A stretch of 63,842 nucleotides of DNA, filler included, from Phoronis australis (GCA_002633005.1; 8 parts of 8 records of this genome joined end to end with filler, not necessarily neighbours in it), one strand, 5' to 3'; shown: positions 13,331 to 26,803, numbered from the whole stretch's first letter. Notes: a model not told the origin generated them from the sequence alone. A program made the numbers and translations.

Positions 13331-15079
13331 TAAGTTACTTACTTCTGACTGTTAAAGTGGTTTGAAAAATGTCAGTGAAACCATTGGTTACTACCATCAG
13401 ATCACTGGTGCCTTGAGTGATACAATCTCAGAAAATGTGGTTTATCCCCAGGACCAATCCTGGAAGTTTGATGATCTTTTTTACTCAGTTATAATTTTGA
13501 TAAGGATAAGGCCATCAAGACCGTTGACTCATAACTTGTGGAACCATTTTGAGGCCTGCGCTCCCGCGCTCACAAGTTTCGGCCAAGATCTCAATTTTTT
13601 CTTGAAATGAAAGACACACATTAAGCAAACAACTGAAGAAAAATTCAAAATGCAAAAATGTGCCAAGTGAGGCACAATTTCCTGTAGTAATGTACTTGGC
13701 AGTGCTCGAAAAGTGCACTGAGCCGTGTAAATGACATTGGACATCATGGCGGTGCAAACTTTCGTAATACTTGATGCAACGTACAGGTTGCGTGACATGA
13801 TTCTGTTTTTACTTTATCCCAGTTACATACGATTCTCATCTTTGCGTGTGCCCTTTGCCAGTCGCTATTGACGTCATTAAATCAACCTTCTCCTGAGCCT
13901 TTTGTGACAAATCTCCCGTACTACACCACTATGTTTTGCAGACTGAAGGTGTGCTTTCAAATGTTGAAACGAGCCTAAATTAATTTTACGTCATGCTTGA
14001 CATTGCTTATGAACTGGCGACACAGCATCTTACAAACCATTTCTACAGTTCAGTTGTTGGAGGTGACATCAAGACCATAGCTGGGACTGACTTGTATCCT
14101 GTGCCAGTACAATTTAAAAAACATCCTTCTTCGCAGTTTTGAGATCCAATTGTTGTCCTCATTTACTCTTTCCAAAGTCACAGACAGGCATGGTATGGTA
14201 GTGCGAGACTGTTTGAATGACATATTTTTGGCTAATGTATGTCGTGTAGATTGACTCGCTGTGTCGGAGAGCAACGACAAAGTTAGGATTGGTTATCGAT
14301 TTTGTGTCATAACTGAGAAAGTTTGGCTGGCAGTCATGCTTCTATTGATAATACCCGCATTCAAAAAGGGTACTAAAAGGATTTAAGCAAATGAGAGCAA
14401 ATCTCTAGATTCAACTTTAACATAGTCACTGTTATTTTTCCAAAACATACAGATCGTTCTGTATAGAAATAAGTCTGTAATGGGAGGCAGTGTTGACATA
14501 TTGTAGGAAGCAGCTTAAGGTTATGTAGAACGTTAATGGTATGACGTGGTGTTGACTCTCAATTTCAGATGCAATGCTTTCTAGGGCTTTTTGAGCTTAA
14601 CTGTACTTGTTAAGTGCATATCGTTTGTAATAATAGACATCAAACACTGTTCCAACGGTAACATTATCTGTTGTTCAAAATTACATTTTTGATTGCCATG
14701 TGGTTAGTGGACTGAATAGCGCCATCATTTCCATGGTTATTGTTTCCAAGGGCGATGAAAAAGGTGTCCTTTTGAGCTCTGGCATGAATGCCAACAAACC
14801 ACCCCCAAAACTGGTTAGAGTTGTCAAATGAGTATTAAAAGTCTCCTATCATTTCCAAGAGGATTTTTTTTCAAAGAATGAGCCACTAAAAAGGTCCACA
14901 CCACCTCATCAATTTAAAAAAATAACAAAGACCAGAACCAAATTGTTGTTCTGTTTTAGCCTTGGCTTGTAATTATCTAAGATGGTGTGGAAGTTTTCAG
15001 ACGTGATTTTTGTGAACATGAAGGCGGCCTTGGTTGTGAATGTCATTTTCACTTACCATTTTGCAACTTTCTTTTTCAG

Positions 15080-15218
15080 ACTCACGCGAACGAATTCGTC
15101 GAACTGTCGAGAATTTGAACTCATGCAAGGGTCTGTTACACTGTAAGCGTGACGAATTGAAGCGACTTTGGATTGAAGGCTTGGAGCAGAGACACATATT
15201 GGGCTTGTTGGATAAAAT
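15080..15218 (+). CDS. EXOC4: EXOC4 exon ([46 protein letters not shown])
   Basis: tttcag acceptor, gttagt donor; contains the hallmark Sec8 [16 protein letters not shown]. The gene is truncated by the segment end at 15467. Confidence 0.92.
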
Positions 15219-15467
15219 GTTAGTAAAACATAAGTTGTTCCTGGAATTTGTGATGCATAAAATTTCATAATCTCCTAAATGCTGACACATCTCCAACATC
15301 TTAACCAGCTACGACATGATTGGTTCTTGATGATGACTTTTGGCTTATGCAGCAGAACTGGCGAGGTCAATCAAATGTATGCAGTGTTCACCATGCTAGG
15401 ACCTTATTGTTCTTGCTATGCATTCAAATCAATTGTACTGTACGATGTTATTGCACTTTTTGTCGTT

Positions 15468-15567
15468 NNNNNNNNNNNNNNNNNNNNNNNNNNNNNNNNN
15501 NNNNNNNNNNNTTAATTAATTAANNNNNNNNNNNNNNNNNNNNNNNNNNNNNNNNNNNNNNNNNNNN
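15468..15567. other. Artificial scaffold spacer N44-TTAATTAATTAA-N44 (also 38581-38680, 44775-44874, 46434-46533, 50996-51095, 52708-52807, 59656-59755)
   Basis: Identical 100-nt pattern seven times; TTAATTAATTAA gives stops in all six frames. Confidence 0.95.
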
Positions 15568-16447
15568 CCTAACACCTGGCCGTGGGATGGAAATCGAGTT
15601 GTTTCACAACAGTTTCTGCCATCTAACACTAAATTAGCATGAGATCGCACGGCCTCGGTATCCCGTCAATTAGTTTTATTGCACTTAAAGCCGGTAACGC
15701 AGGGATTTATTCATTGCTGGCTTCTCATATCATGTTTGCACTCAGGAACACTCCAAAGGCATTACAAATTGCATCTAATGAGACAGACTTTGTTTCAGTT
15801 TTATATAAGTATTGGTTAGGGTGAGAATAATTCATTTTGAAACAGAACGCTCAGTCAACATGGCAACTCGCAATCCCCGCGACTTAGACGAGAGCTCATC
15901 AGTCCCGACGAAGACTTCGCAGGTGGATCGTTAGGTTTCACAGGCTATCAGTTCGAACAGGAATACAGTGATGAAGAAGTACTAAAGAGGCGCCGTGAAC
16001 AAGCTCAGACAACGGAACGTAGGGATAGTTCAGTATTTGGCAAGCTGGGATTCGTCAGGCACTCACGCGGCTGTCGACCACAGCAGGCCACAGACAAGGA
16101 GATGTTCCACGGCCTCATACTTGCTATTTACAGCGTACTTTTCATTCTTCACTACTGCGATCCACTTCCTAAACATTTCGGACTCTCGAGGAAGTCGAAA
16201 AAACGATATTCCCGCTTTCCTCGCAGCTGCATAGCTCGCACAAGCGGGAACGATGCACCGCAACATAGCGGCATTCACTGTCATTTAGTGCAGATGAACC
16301 ACAGACGTCGCTAGCGTCGTTTCTCACCTTCCTCACAGGTTAACGAGACACCTCTTGGCAAGATAAGGTTGACCGTGTGCGAGGCGATGTGGATATAGAC
16401 CAATTAATAAGGCAAAAAAGACTAATCGAATCGGGTGGCATTCTCCT
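15568..16447 (-). mobile_element. Kolobok-like family A copy 2 (inverted relative to copy 1)
   Basis: Reverse complement of 1476-2320; ends CGGGTGGCATTCTCCT. THAP-like ORF at 16063-16284 (-) and a convergent frame with GYQFEQEYSDEE. Confidence 0.65.
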
Positions 16448-18469
16448 TTTATTCAGTTCAAGTTTTCCAGTGGTCCATAGGCGGTGCACTGCAGGGGGGC
16501 TGAGGGGACTTTAGCCCCACTTTTTTCAGTGCTGCGCCCTCTATACACCTCCGACACGACACTGCCAACTACTCATGAGGGGAAGTTGAGATTTGAAATT
16601 CATCAAAAACACAAAACATTCGTGCACAGCACCGTAGCTGTCTTGTAAGAAATGGCGATGCGTCTTAGTTGAATGCTGAAGGATGGACATGCAAAAATTC
16701 GAACCATCATCAGACCACCATATCGCAAAGAAGGACTCTAAACGATAACAGTGATATTCATGAATGTGTTGAATTTAAAAAAAAATTAGACTAAAGAAAT
16801 TCAAAAATTTACAAACCGTAGATCGGATCGAAAAAGAAATTCAAGTCATTGCTCGTAAATTTGGAAAGATTGGCTTTGCATTTCCTTGATCCGTAGTTCC
16901 CAGTAGTATTGTGCAATGAATTTAGGTTCTTCTAAACCGAATCGTTTGCTTGACATTCCCGTGCTTACTGCAAAGGCTGGACACGTCGTGACTCAGTGAC
17001 GCACCCACGTTAAAAATAAGGTGTTGGCTGCCCGCGTAGATTCCGCGCACAGTGATTGACGGGAAAAGAACTTGAACTGCAGGAGTTGAAGTGTGTGCAT
17101 TTTTGGAACACGCGTTCCATAGCATTTTCCCCAGCCGCCCGGCGGCAGAAGCTGGACCAGTGGCTGTGTTTCAACAGCTCTATACGCCAAGGATTTCGGG
17201 ATCATATCTTTCTTTCAAAAAAATCTTCAGGAAATGACCGTATTAGAATAAACTTTTCCTGAAACTGGGTCAAACAGAACGACCTTGGAGCCAGAACACG
17301 GGTATAGGTTCGAGCTAAGCCGCACGTCCATCTCAAATGAATCATATAGCGGAGCTGACCAGCGACTAGCCGCAGTTCTTCGAATTGCGCATGAATCATA
17401 GCGGAGCTGACCAGCGACTAGCATTAGTTCGTCGAATTGCGCATGCATGGATCGGACTTCCCGGCGACTCGGACGCCACGACACCTACCACCCGTGGCGG
17501 GAGCAGCTTATTTCTTGACTAACACCTGCTTCTAAATCTGGATTTAAGCAAAATGACAAAGTCGACGCTTACACATATGCAAGCGTATCCAAATACAATT
17601 AAATGTATTTTCATGTGAAACCATTCAATGTTCTTTGAACATTGACTTGTGTGAGTTCTTAATTTTCTTAGATCTGCCCAATCAGGTAGAACTGCGTTTC
17701 AAGTCATTCGCTATAGGCACCGGAGGGTTCAAATTGGAAGTTCGCGTCGTATGACATCGTATGACGTCATATGACGTAGGAGATGCGAGCCTCATTTGCA
17801 TATATAAGTGACATCTGTTGGTTCAAAAAAGAGGATCATGCCCGAGTACATGCCTGGGAAGAGGCATCTTTTTAAGGGTAAANNNNNNNNNNNNNNNNNN
17901 NNNNNNNNNNNNNNNNNNNNNNNNNNNNNNNNNNNNNNNNNNNNNNNNNNNNNNNNNNNNNNNNNNNNNNNNNNNNNNNNNNNNNNNNNNNNNNNNNNNN
18001 NNNNNNNNNNNNNNNNNNNNNNNNNNNNNNNNNNNNNNNNNNNNNNNNNNNNNNNNNNNNNNNNNNNNNNNNNNNNNNNNNNNNNNNNNNNNNNNNNNNN
18101 NNNNNNNNNNNNNNNNNNNNNNNNNNNNNNNCTTTTTAAGGGTAAAACAAGTCATGTTCAAAGCATCTTAGTGCCATTAATATGCAGTCTTTGGGGACCA
18201 AAGTGGTGTCATTTTATAGCTAAAGAGTTAAGCTTTCAAACACAATGCTTGGATTCCAGACGACTTTAACATTTACTTTTGAAATCACTTTTGAATATCC
18301 GTTAAAATGCGCTAAAGCAGTTGTCCCTTCCTGGTTATCTCTTCCTGGTTTTATGAATAAAACGGACAAAAAGACGAATATAGACGGCACGCCCATATTA
18401 AAACCGCAATTATTAATAGATAATTAACGGGGCCAAAAAAGCAAAAACACAGAAAACTGATAACAATTC

Positions 18470-18900
18470 TTTACCCAGCATTGTGAACAACAATTTCTGG
18501 GAATAACATTTCAAGCATTTACTCCTGACGATCCTTGGAAAGAACGCAAACTGAAACGCGACTATTGTAACGTCATTTGAATTGAATGAAATCAACCTTG
18601 CGTAGTACAAGAGAACGTCTGTGTACATATGTATTTATCGGATAACGATTCTTTACCCTGCTTTGAGAACGACAACTCCGAGGCGCAGTTTTCAAGCATT
18701 TTTTCATGACGATTCTTGGAAAGAGTGTAATCTGAAACGCGACTGTTGTGATGTCGGTTGAAGTAAATGTAACCAACCTTGCATATATTTATCTGATAAC
18801 GATTCTTTACCCTGCATTGAGAACAACAATGTCGAGGCATAGCTTTCCATGCATTTTTTTCATGACAATTCCTGGAAAGAACGCAAACTGACACGCTTCG
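18470..18900. repeat. Degenerate ~150-170-bp tandem repeat (~3 units)
   Basis: GATAACGATTCTTTACCC and GGAAAGAACGCAAACTGA motifs recur at regular spacing. Confidence 0.6.
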
Positions 18901-21874
18901 GCACTCAGTAACAGTAGCATAGAATATGCATTTGAAAACTGCAGATCTAAAATCAGTATTCAAAAAGTGCTTTTTATTTGACGCTGCTTTTAATATGAAA
19001 ACCGACAGTTTGATAAAAATCAGTAATTAAAACGCAAAATTACTATGACATGATATTGAAAAACAAGCCCGTTTAGACTAACGAACAACGGCGGTAGCAT
19101 GGTTTCCATTTCGGGTGAGTCCCATGGGTTGGTTTGGAGATACCATTTAGCAAATTTTCGAACGTTTCATCCCCAGAACCAGAAAGTAAAACATCAACAT
19201 GTAACCTGCAGGGGAAGGTTAATATCGAAACGAAGTATAGCATGGACAGATAAACCATTAACGGGCAGGCAAACTTGGATATAAATGTACCGGGTAAAAA
19301 TCAAAGTGGTGTGGCATGCGAGTTTCAAGCACAATAAAAGGACACGAGGTTGGCAGCACCACTAAACTCCATAGACAAACCAAAAAGACTTATGACTCAA
19401 TGACAGGACCAAGAAACCCAATTCTTCGGCGCCATGCACAACACTGCGAGCTCGCGCATTTCCCGACTGATGTCGTAGGACTCCCAGTGTTTCCGCCATT
19501 TTTTTCCTGTGTAACACTTTCCAATATGGCGTCATATCGACATGTATCTGAGTGGCGCGTGATGTGATGTCCTCGTCTGGTCCACGAATCGGCCATCAAA
19601 AACTTTCAATCAACATGTCGAGAGAATCCACTGCACTTTTGACATCACTAAGAAATAGTTTGATAAAGAGACGATTTACGAGTAAGGGAACAGAAGAAAA
19701 GAAGGAACGAAGACTGGTTATAAAAACCAAATGGCTTTAGAAACCCAACATTTCAATTCATGTTTCCATTTAAAATATTACGCATGTGAGTTAGGCGGCA
19801 CAGATCAGTTCTCGCTAGGTTTTATTTGCCTAGCAGAAAACACATCAATAGGCTTGCCACCCGTTTCTTCACACTGTCAAAAATCGTACGCAAAGATTGG
19901 AAACTTTTGAGTCATTTGACATCGCAAGCAATACAGATGAGCACAGAAACTGACATATTTTTGAGCCTTTCACTCGTACTAAAAAGGTAGGCTAAGAATA
20001 ATGAGGCAAAAACGAAATTGGCATTTTCACCCCAAAACTACTACTTACCTGTTGACGCTCAACATAAGCCAACATTAGATGCTGAAAATAAATTTCCTAC
20101 GAAATCCATAAATGTGCCCCAAAATAACTGTCAACCAACTAGTTTTTTATTTTGCAAATCTGGCTTGTTTGAAAGTTACCTGATTTCTCAGTATCTACAT
20201 ATACCTAGGAATGCACAAGCGCAACAGCTGAGAACCCCATCTTAACGAAGTGTGTATCTACAGTCGACCAAGTGATCTTTTCTAAGTCCCAATCAGTTCA
20301 CAAATACAAAAAGATCAGATTCACTGAGCGTACCTCAAAACTGCCCCAAATATCCTGGCCTAGTCCTAGAATTTATTGTTTTGTAGTGCGAACTGGCAGT
20401 TATTCAGTGTCACCTTAGGACACGGGGACATAACCTGACCCGATACAAATAAGATAATACACGCGAAGTAAATGTGGTTTCCACAGGCTCATGCTATCGT
20501 AAGAGGACGATGCGAGGTTACACAAATGACGGATTGAGCGGTCTATTCGTCGCAGTAGTTCGCGAATCCTGCATGAAATCTGATATAGATGACACTTCGC
20601 CCACTGTTGTTGTGGTCTATTTTCATGAATTATAACTTTCCAGGTCATGAACAGATCATGAAAACGCTCGTTTCCAGACCGGACACTTGTAGAGAATTAT
20701 GTACCCTCCGACACATCGCCACCTATAGGGCCTAATGAAAAGTGGTCCTGTGGAAACATGATGAACGACACACGAAATTCCGTGTGCGGGCATCATTGTA
20801 CATTCCTTGGTCGGAAGTATACCGATCGCATCCGGTCGCTACCACTTGCACACACCTTTATGCACGGTACATGTTTGGGCTTAAGTCACTGGATCGGGGT
20901 TCCCTTGAGTTTGTTTACTTGGATCACTGGCCGTTTTAATCAATTGCAACTATTCAAGTCAAAGGTGGTCGCCATACTGCGCAACAAAAACTGAAAGTTT
21001 TTTCTCGATTTCAGCCAATGTCGGTTTCATTACTTTAACCAATGGGAAGCCATGTTGAAGACCATTCGGCAGTGCTCCATTTCGAAGCACTGTGAAAGAT
21101 ATAGAGAATTATGTTGTAAACAGTTTGCCCTTCCGTGCGATCGGCTATTCAGCAATGCAATGTTTGACACTTTATCAGTAGCTACTAATTAGTTACCATA
21201 CATGTACATGAATGTCGCTCAGTCCGATATCTTGCATTTGTCAAGGAATGGGCACGGGCAGAATGTTTTGTTATGAGCTAAGCTCTCCGTTAGCAGAGCT
21301 ACAAATAAATATCACGCTTTCATGAGTTAAAGCGGTATCAAACCTGTCAAAAAGGTTTGATTTAGGCAACATACATTTATTACTTCGCAAAAATATTTTC
21401 GCCAAGTGTCTTACTTACTCACTCATCAATTTTGTTTGCATGTTTGTTCATTTCCCTTGTTTTGTTTCCACAATGCAAGTAGCATTTCTTATGTGATCAT
21501 CACGAAATTTTTATTCCACATTTGTCTTGTTAATGGTGCCAAGGCCTATTGACTGAAATCAACACAAGATGACGATGTGGCAGTCAAAGTTTAATTATCG
21601 CTTTGCTGAGTACTATGTCCGCTCTCCCTGGGGGAAGTTTTCTGAAATGTCAGTGGTCTTTGGTTAGTTCATGTCGACAGTTCTATAGGTCATATACGAA
21701 CTGTTCCTACGTGTACATTGTATTCATGTTAAAACGGAGATAAACGGATTAAGGGTCTCTGTGTTAATAACCTAATAACCTCTGAACATTTTCACTCCTT
21801 AAATCGTTTTGTTCTTCTATGTTTTCTTATTGTTTTTAGATGGTAAAACAGACGCCGCCAGTAGTACCTGGGCA

Positions 21875-22663
21875 ATGTTAAACATGTACGCCAACGTCAC
21901 TTCCAAGAGTCTGTTGGTGCTGTTTATTTTTGCATTCTTCTGCCGGAGAATCGAGAGTATATACGAAACAGAAACCCAAGCAACGGCGACTGAACAAAGG
22001 GAAGACAACAATGGCGAAGACAATGACATTTTGACATTCGCTTTTGAACCGCGACAGTTACGGCTGTTTGAAGACAGTATCGGCCATGTAAAGATCAATT
22101 ACAGCTTTCCTCGCGCGGACACCAGGACATTGAATTTGATTTCGTCATACGTTTTGGAAATAAATGTAACGCCAGAATCTAAGCATGTCGCTGACGTAAG
22201 CGGGAACAAAACAAGTTTTACTTTAGACGAACACATTGGCAGATCTAAAGATGAGCTAATTAATCACACGTTTGCGCAGAATGTTTCATTTTCGGTTAAA
22301 GGAATTCGATTAGGATACTGCCTTTTCTCTTTTCAAATTAAACTCATTCCTGTAACAACTTCCATGAACGGAACGCCGGACAAGAACTATGCTTATTTAT
22401 CACCTCTAGAATCCAGCACTAACGTATCTTGGGAAGATATGTACACGACGCGTGAATACAATCATTCAGTGAAATACAGAGTCGTGGTAATGCGTAAACC
22501 GTCCACGCTGGATCACGTGTTCATAGCGATCGTCATGAATCTTGTTGCCGTTAGTACAATATCTATGGGTTGCGCAGTAGACCTAACGGTCGTCAAGGAT
22601 GTACTCAAGAAACCTATAGCACCGGCAATAGGATTCGCAAGCCAATTTGTAATTATGCCGTTA
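21875..22663 (+). pseudogene. SLC10A: SLC10A-family (P3/SLC10A3-like, long N-terminal ectodomain) copy 1, first coding exon
   Basis: Open frame with a signal-like N-terminus, N-glycosylation sequons and SMGCAVDL..VLKKPIAPAIGFASQFVIMPL. Acceptor at 21839/21840. The expected donor reads CTAAGT (22664) rather than GTAAGT. Confidence 0.8.
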
Positions 22664-23946
22664 CTAAGTATCTTTGTAAAAGATACGTGTAGGTCTACTG
22701 CTCCAAGAAAATAAACCAGGCACACACCACTCCGCGCACGAGGCAGAAAGTGCACATATATACTTCTTAAGGCAGCACTACCGCGCTATTTTACTTATAG
22801 GTCTTGTCGGTTTATTTCCACCAGTATGTTTAAACAAAAACTGAACCACGACATTCTCTTTTAATATCGGACATCAAAAGAATTTCCAATAGACCATTTC
22901 TGCTTTTCACATCTGCTTGTCACCGATATCCACATGTTTCTTTGATAGTTCATTTAGGAGCGCTGACTGGTGAACTGGGCGGTCTCGACACCTAGTAATA
23001 AGAAAAACCCACGAAACGTAGTCACTAGGTAGTGAGACAGTTCGTCCACGACCTGTTGTGAAAAGCGACGACATTTTGATTTCGCAAATCCTCTAATAGT
23101 CGAGCAAAGAGATAATTAATGAGAAATAGGAACCCGTCACGAAAAGCTATCTTAGAAAGTGTTGGTTTCAGGTTGTTTTTGATGCCCGATCTTACAAAAA
23201 AATGTCGTTCTTTTTGGTGTAGAGATACTGCATGTGGAGATAATCTGACGGGCTGGTACCCGCTAATAGGTACGAATTTGCAGTGTAAGTTAGTATGGAG
23301 ACGAACTTTTCGGTTTCATTTGAAATGCCAATCATTATGGCAAATGTCTTTCATGTCTTCATTTCACTCGGTCGAATTAACTCCTGGTCCCCGCGTGTAA
23401 TCTAGTTGTACTAGTGAAAACGAAACTCGCGATTATTTTTGGTACCTGTATGTCCTGTTCTTACTGTACAAATGCAAAATAAGAGTTGGCTATTCTTTGT
23501 TCTAATTTGTATTCGATAGCACCAAAATTAAAATTGGAGTGTGAACTCGAAATTTTGAATTTTTATTCGAGTTATACACGTACGTGGCTCGAATCAAGTG
23601 ATAATCAAGTGCGACATTAAACTCATATGCTAGCGACGTACTCGGACACAGAATAATAGACAATTATCTAAAAATAGCACAAAGGTATGTCGGAAAATGA
23701 CAAGGAAAGAACGCTTTCGTTGCGGACTAGACATAAGGCCCTCAGTGGACCAATTCTCGCTTACTTGACCTAAAACAGCAAAGCGTCATTCTACCGTGCA
23801 ACATGTGATGCCTTAGTGCAAGAAGCCGAAATTTACGTTTTTCAACTTTTAAGAACATTGAGATAACTTTGCCCCACTGCAAATGTAGCATATTTATTTG
23901 TTTACAATACTCATGTAGATAATTTGTTATTAAAACTTTATTCCAG

Positions 23947-24118
23947 TTGGCCTACACGTTATGTCAGATATTCAGTTTTCGCGGGAACGCTGGTCTAGGA
24001 TTTTTCGCATCAGGCTGCGCCCCTGGCGGAGGGTCAAGTAACAAGTTTTCATTGCTATTGGACGGTGACGTGTCACTGAGCGTGACGATGACACTGCTCA
24101 GCACTGTCGCATCACTGG
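23947..24118 (+). pseudogene. SLC10A: SLC10A copy 1, second coding exon (GCAPGGGSSN...DGDVSLSVTMTLLST)
   Basis: ttccag acceptor, gtaagg donor; SBF-domain PGG..SN and GD..LS..MT motifs. Confidence 0.85.
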
Positions 24119-24444
24119 GTAAGGAAGACATCTTCAACTGGCAACTAGTTTTGCATTCAACAATTGGGATTTGTCTGTTATTCATTTACAGCCGTCGTCT
24201 AAAGTTTGCCACTTGTTGACGCCTTAAGTAGTCACGGCCCAGCTGCCGGAACCATCCCTTTCTATTCAGCCCCCTCTTAAGTGTTAAAAAATGAAGTTTA
24301 ATATTTAATAAATTTCGGACTGCATTATTGTCGTTAATCGCAACTAAAATAAGATTGTTAGGTATGTCTTGTGATCTCCTTAGTCTAAATGTAATAAAAG
24401 AAAGATTCGTCAATTATTAATTTTTGCTATTTTACCGTTTATAG

Positions 24445-25112
24445 GAATGATTCCGTTATAGCTATTTACCTTCGGGCAGACATTTGTCAAGGAAGCGACT
24501 ACAGATATAAACATCAAAATCCCGTTTGAAAACATCCTTTTCACTTTAGTATCCATATTTGTCACAGTTGGAATCGGCGTATTTTTTAAGTACAAAGTGT
24601 CCAAGGTTGCAAAATTTCTCCTTAAAATAGTCCGACCACTGTTGATTATCATCACAGTGTTTCTGTCTGCTTTCACTTTTTGGGCAAACTGGTATGTATT
24701 TTCATTTTTCACTCCTGGATTGATTTTCGCTGGCATGAGTCTGCCGTGGATTGGTTTTCTTCTCGGCGGTGTCATTGCCGCTGTCCTCCGCCAACCGTGG
24801 TACAGGATAAAGACGATAGCCATTGAGACGGGGATCCAAAACACCGGAGTACCCGTAATGCTTCTGAAATTTTCACTTCCTGCTCCGGATAGCGACTTGG
24901 CGATGGTGGCGATCATTGCTGCGAATGTGTTCACATCGACGCCCCTGTGGTTTGCCGTGGCGCACGTTGAGATCAAGAAAAGGTTTTGTAAATCCAAAGA
25001 TGAAGAAGAAGAGAACGATGAGAATGTGAAGGAGAAACTGGAAGTTTCTGAAGATGTGGTCGTTCTAAATCCGGAGAAAATACCTTACTTGGACAGAGAA
25101 ACGACCATTTAG
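24445..25112 (+). pseudogene. SLC10A: SLC10A copy 1, last coding exon, with in-frame TAG at 24459-24461
   Basis: Reads GMIPL*LFTFG (TAG where W is expected), then open through TIAIETGIQN to a terminal ETTI-stop at 25112. Confidence 0.85.
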
Positions 25113-26134
25113 AGATTGCGCTAAGCAACACGATAAAGACACACGTATTCATGCACGTGCATTGTACACCTGTACATGTAAATTGAGTTGTGCTGGAAAT
25201 GCACAGGTAAATAGAAAACTTTGTATCGATGTCAAGAACAAAAAAATCGTATCAGAGATTTTGAAACAAATACTGTTGACACGCGTAAATTATACGTAAT
25301 GAGTGATTGACGGATTTTCCTTTCTTGCGACTGGTAGTCTTTTCGGGCTTTCGAATACCACTGCGAAGGGTCCCTCGCTTGCTTAGTATGACGTCAGTTT
25401 GACTTTTGCCAAAATTAAAAACAGCAATGACAGGGATACGTTTAGGTAGCGCGGTAAATTACTAAGCACGTAGGTACAACCGATTAATCCAAACACATAA
25501 TTATGTAAATATTTCAAGTGCTAAATTGTCCCCCTGGTTACCTGAATCCAAAAAATCTAAGACCTTCAAATTTTCTTAAAACCATTACGTGACTGTGCAT
25601 TTGTATTCCTATTTGTGTATCCAAATCACGCAATATTAGTGTCAGATACCTCATCACTAAACGTCCAAATTCCGTGACGTCATAGGGAGACACTGGCTTC
25701 TGCGTTATCAAACGATGGAAATATCTGTTCTTTGTATAACCGCTATCATAGGAAACTGAATTTTGAAGTAGACAACTCCATTGCCACTAAAATCTGTTTT
25801 CAATTTGTCCCTTACTCGTGAAGTAATTCCGGGTTGTAGAACAACCCATGTTATTGGTTGAAACCGTGTTCGTACAAGGTTAAACGTTGGTAAAGAGAAT
25901 ATTTTTAGCCTATTTTCAAGTCATAACTAACTGTCAGCTCTTTGAAAACCCAGAAATCAATTTTAGCTTAAGTAAGACACAAGTTGAGACCAATTTCATA
26001 ATTCTAAATGGTCTGCATCAAAACACTGCGTCGCGTATGTGTACGCATTTCATTTTATGGTCAGAAATCGCCACAGCACCGTCGAACTGGCGAACGGCAA
26101 CATTCATCAAATGAGCTTTTCGCGATTGGATGCC

Positions 26135-26700
26135 TTAAAGTACCCTATGTTGGGTTTACGCCAAGATTGCTCAACGAAAACTCAACAAGTTGACGAATGA
26201 TTACTGTGTTAACTTAAGAGTTGTATTAACATTCAAGTCTTTAAAACTGTCGAATTTATTTAACCCTAAGGACAAAATTCCTATGGTTCTACGGTCCAGG
26301 GTAGTGTACAAATTTATCTGTGCTGGATATGGCTCCAGTTATGTAGGCGAAACTGTTCGCCATTTAAAAACCAGGACCAGGGAACATCTAAATTCTGACA
26401 GAAGTTCACATGTAGCCTAATATTCATCTACAGAGTTCCAATCTATGTTATCAGCAGCGCTCTTTCAATGACTTTGCAATAATAGACCAGGCAGAACCAA
26501 CAAAGGAGCTTAAAATTCGCGAGGCTCTACGCATCAGTTGGTGCAAGCCCCACCTCAATAGGAAACTGGCACACCACAGGTTGTCATTAGTTGTCACTCC
26601 CTGTAACTGACTGTATCTGTGCTTTATTACTTGTTTCTGGGCCTTGCTACAGTGTTGGTGGCCACTATATTCTCTCTTCTGATGATGGTGTTTGAATAAA
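26135..26700 (+). mobile_element. Penelope-like element remnant (GIY-YIG endonuclease C-terminus)
   Basis: VPYVG...NPKDKIP..RSRVVYKFICAG..SYVGETVRHLKTRTREH...FAIIDQ...LKIREAL.I...KPHLN, with stops and frameshifts. Confidence 0.8.
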
Positions 26701-26803
26701 TGACATGTCAAGTCGATTTAAAACCGTGTTTTTTATTTATGTACTTTATGTTTTTCCGTGATGTCGCCTCTTTTGATTGTGTTTTTGGATTTTCTGAAAA
26801 GTG

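Noticed and set aside
24410-24997. 195-aa minus-strand ORF, and the antisense ORFs over the gypsy pol
   Set aside because: Antisense shadows of real coding frames with no recognisable motifs.
26675-26730. CTGATGA after the Penelope remnant as a hammerhead ribozyme
   Set aside because: The position fits, but no matching GAAA core or stems could be found; at best a decayed relic.
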